DNA of 64,000 nt. Origin: Hypanus sabinus. Lineage: Eukaryota. The stretch is taken from contig NC_082711.1 in the NCBI RefSeq assembly GCF_030144855.1, forward strand, positions 166,780,001 to 166,844,000. The letters are read 5' to 3'. Positions 62,706-64,000 of this stretch are shown piece after piece. The position numbers were made by a program, and so were the translations under genes. The notes under the pieces are model-generated. The model was given only the letters and a program-made list of their open reading frames with translations, did no database searches and was not told the DNA's origin. Positions within the stretch are counted from its first letter, which is position 1; every line of letters begins with the position of its first letter.

Positions 62706-63179
62706 GCACTTCAAAGAATACTGCAGCTGCTACGGAGCGAAAGAACCCGTGTTAATACAGGTTCTTCGTGTTCTTGGAATCACCTCATGTGTTCCGCAGC
62801 CCATTAATGAACTGCTTAAAACAAATAGCTGTAGACAAACAGAACAGGAACCCACGAAGAGTAAAGGAGGGAAATCATCCAGTTACTGGCTTGCCCAGGA
62901 CACCAGAACTGCTCATCGGTCCTCTTCCCTTTAGGTATACTGCATCCACTTGAGTCCCAGGAAGTGGAAAGTCGAGCCTCAGTTTAAAGTTCCATTTGGA
63001 AGGCACAACCCCTAATAATCAGGGTGCTTACACCCTGTGGACACGCTCAGTCTTGGAATGAACTTGAACCCACAACATTCTGACCTTGAGGCAGGAGCTT
63101 TAGTCAGAGATACAGGGAGGAAATGAGCCATATGGCCCATCAAGTGAGCCTTGACCATCACCTTAATTTCAAGGGGTAT

Positions 63180-63900
63180 GTAAGATGAGGTGGCTGAGAG
63201 CTGCTGTCTGTGGGTTTGATGCTAAGGTTGGGAGTGGAGGACAGTGCATTCAGAGGGGGTAAGCTTCGGACAGGAGGGAGGAGTGTCGAGGTCAAGCGGT
63301 TGATGCTTCATCATCAACTAGAGGTGAAAAGATCTGGAGCAGGCAGTAAACCAGAGCAGGGCACCCAAGAAGAGGAGGAGGGTTGGAGATGGGTGAAGGG
63401 GTCTGTGGTGCAGGGTGGGGGAACTCTTGCTAAGGCAGGTGGCTCGTAGACAGAGGCGACAGAAGAAGAGCTCGTTGTGGTGGCAGGCGTGGAACTCACT
63501 GATGTGTAGTCGTAGGAGGACAAAGGTAAGGTGCTTGCAGAGGTCAGAACATTCCACCTCAGAGAGGGGAAAGTTGGTGGGAATGGTGAAGACAGCAGGG
63601 ATAAGAGGTAGGGCCAGGCGAAGCTAGAGAGTTGGAGGGGTCAGGGGAGAAGGGAGTGTTTGAGTGTTCAGGGAAAAGGGTGGGAGGAAGATGGGGTCTC
63701 AGAGGAATGAGGGGTAGATAGGATGCTGAGAGTCCAGGGTTCAGTTGGGAGTAGTGATGAGGGAAGGGAAGCCATAGGGCCCAGTGGGAGGGAGAAAGGT
63801 CTTGGCCTGGTGCTGGGGATGACAGAGATTAGTCTAGTTGCAGCCTTGGTTAATTGCAGTGGGTATGTGAGGTCTATATTACCAATTCCTAATATTTTCC
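63180..63900 (-). mobile_element. Degenerate L2/CR1-group LINE fragment (EN-RT linker)
   Basis: Purine-rich on the plus strand; similar to the 59790-59900 segment (gaggtgaaaagatc..agagcagg). Confidence 0.45.
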
Positions 63901-64000
63901 TTGCATTGGGTGGGGCTCGTCATCTTGCCTAGCGTGGCTACATTACCTGGACCAAGATGGGGATGTGAAACCTGTTGCTTTGCTATTCCGTCCCTTTTAA

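Overview
Vertebrate genomic DNA. The repeat set (HE1/V-SINEs, CR1, Rex/Babar, Penelope pLTR hairpins) points to a cartilaginous fish, probably a ray (inference). Three spliced genes can be built from splice signals and phase arithmetic. (1) LIAT1/C17orf97 on the minus strand, 2 coding exons (9703-9529, 1550-1120; 201 aa). (2) EXO5, an Fe-S PD-(D/E)XK exonuclease, on the plus strand, 6 coding exons (10376-25805; 396 aa), head-to-head with LIAT1 across a ~670-bp CpG-rich promoter containing an RFX X-box. (3) An ISRE-headed tapasin-family gene on the plus strand, 8 coding exons (31390-62705; 431 aa): signal peptide, N-domain, IgV, IgC1, TM, tail ending KKPY. This protein mixes TAPBPR-like ectodomain features with a tapasin-like KKxx ER-retrieval motif, and that motif depends on a frame-shifting 17-nt microexon. 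The rest is mostly transposon-derived: nested CR1/Rex/Penelope/L2 LINEs, a hAT (Buster) relic with a nested Harbinger derivative, Tigger and hAT MITEs, several tRNA-SINEs, and an L1 with twin-priming inversion hallmarks. There are two assembly gaps (13719-14343, 23494-23655). All homology calls come from motif recognition, not database searches, and repeat boundaries are approximate unless TSDs are given.
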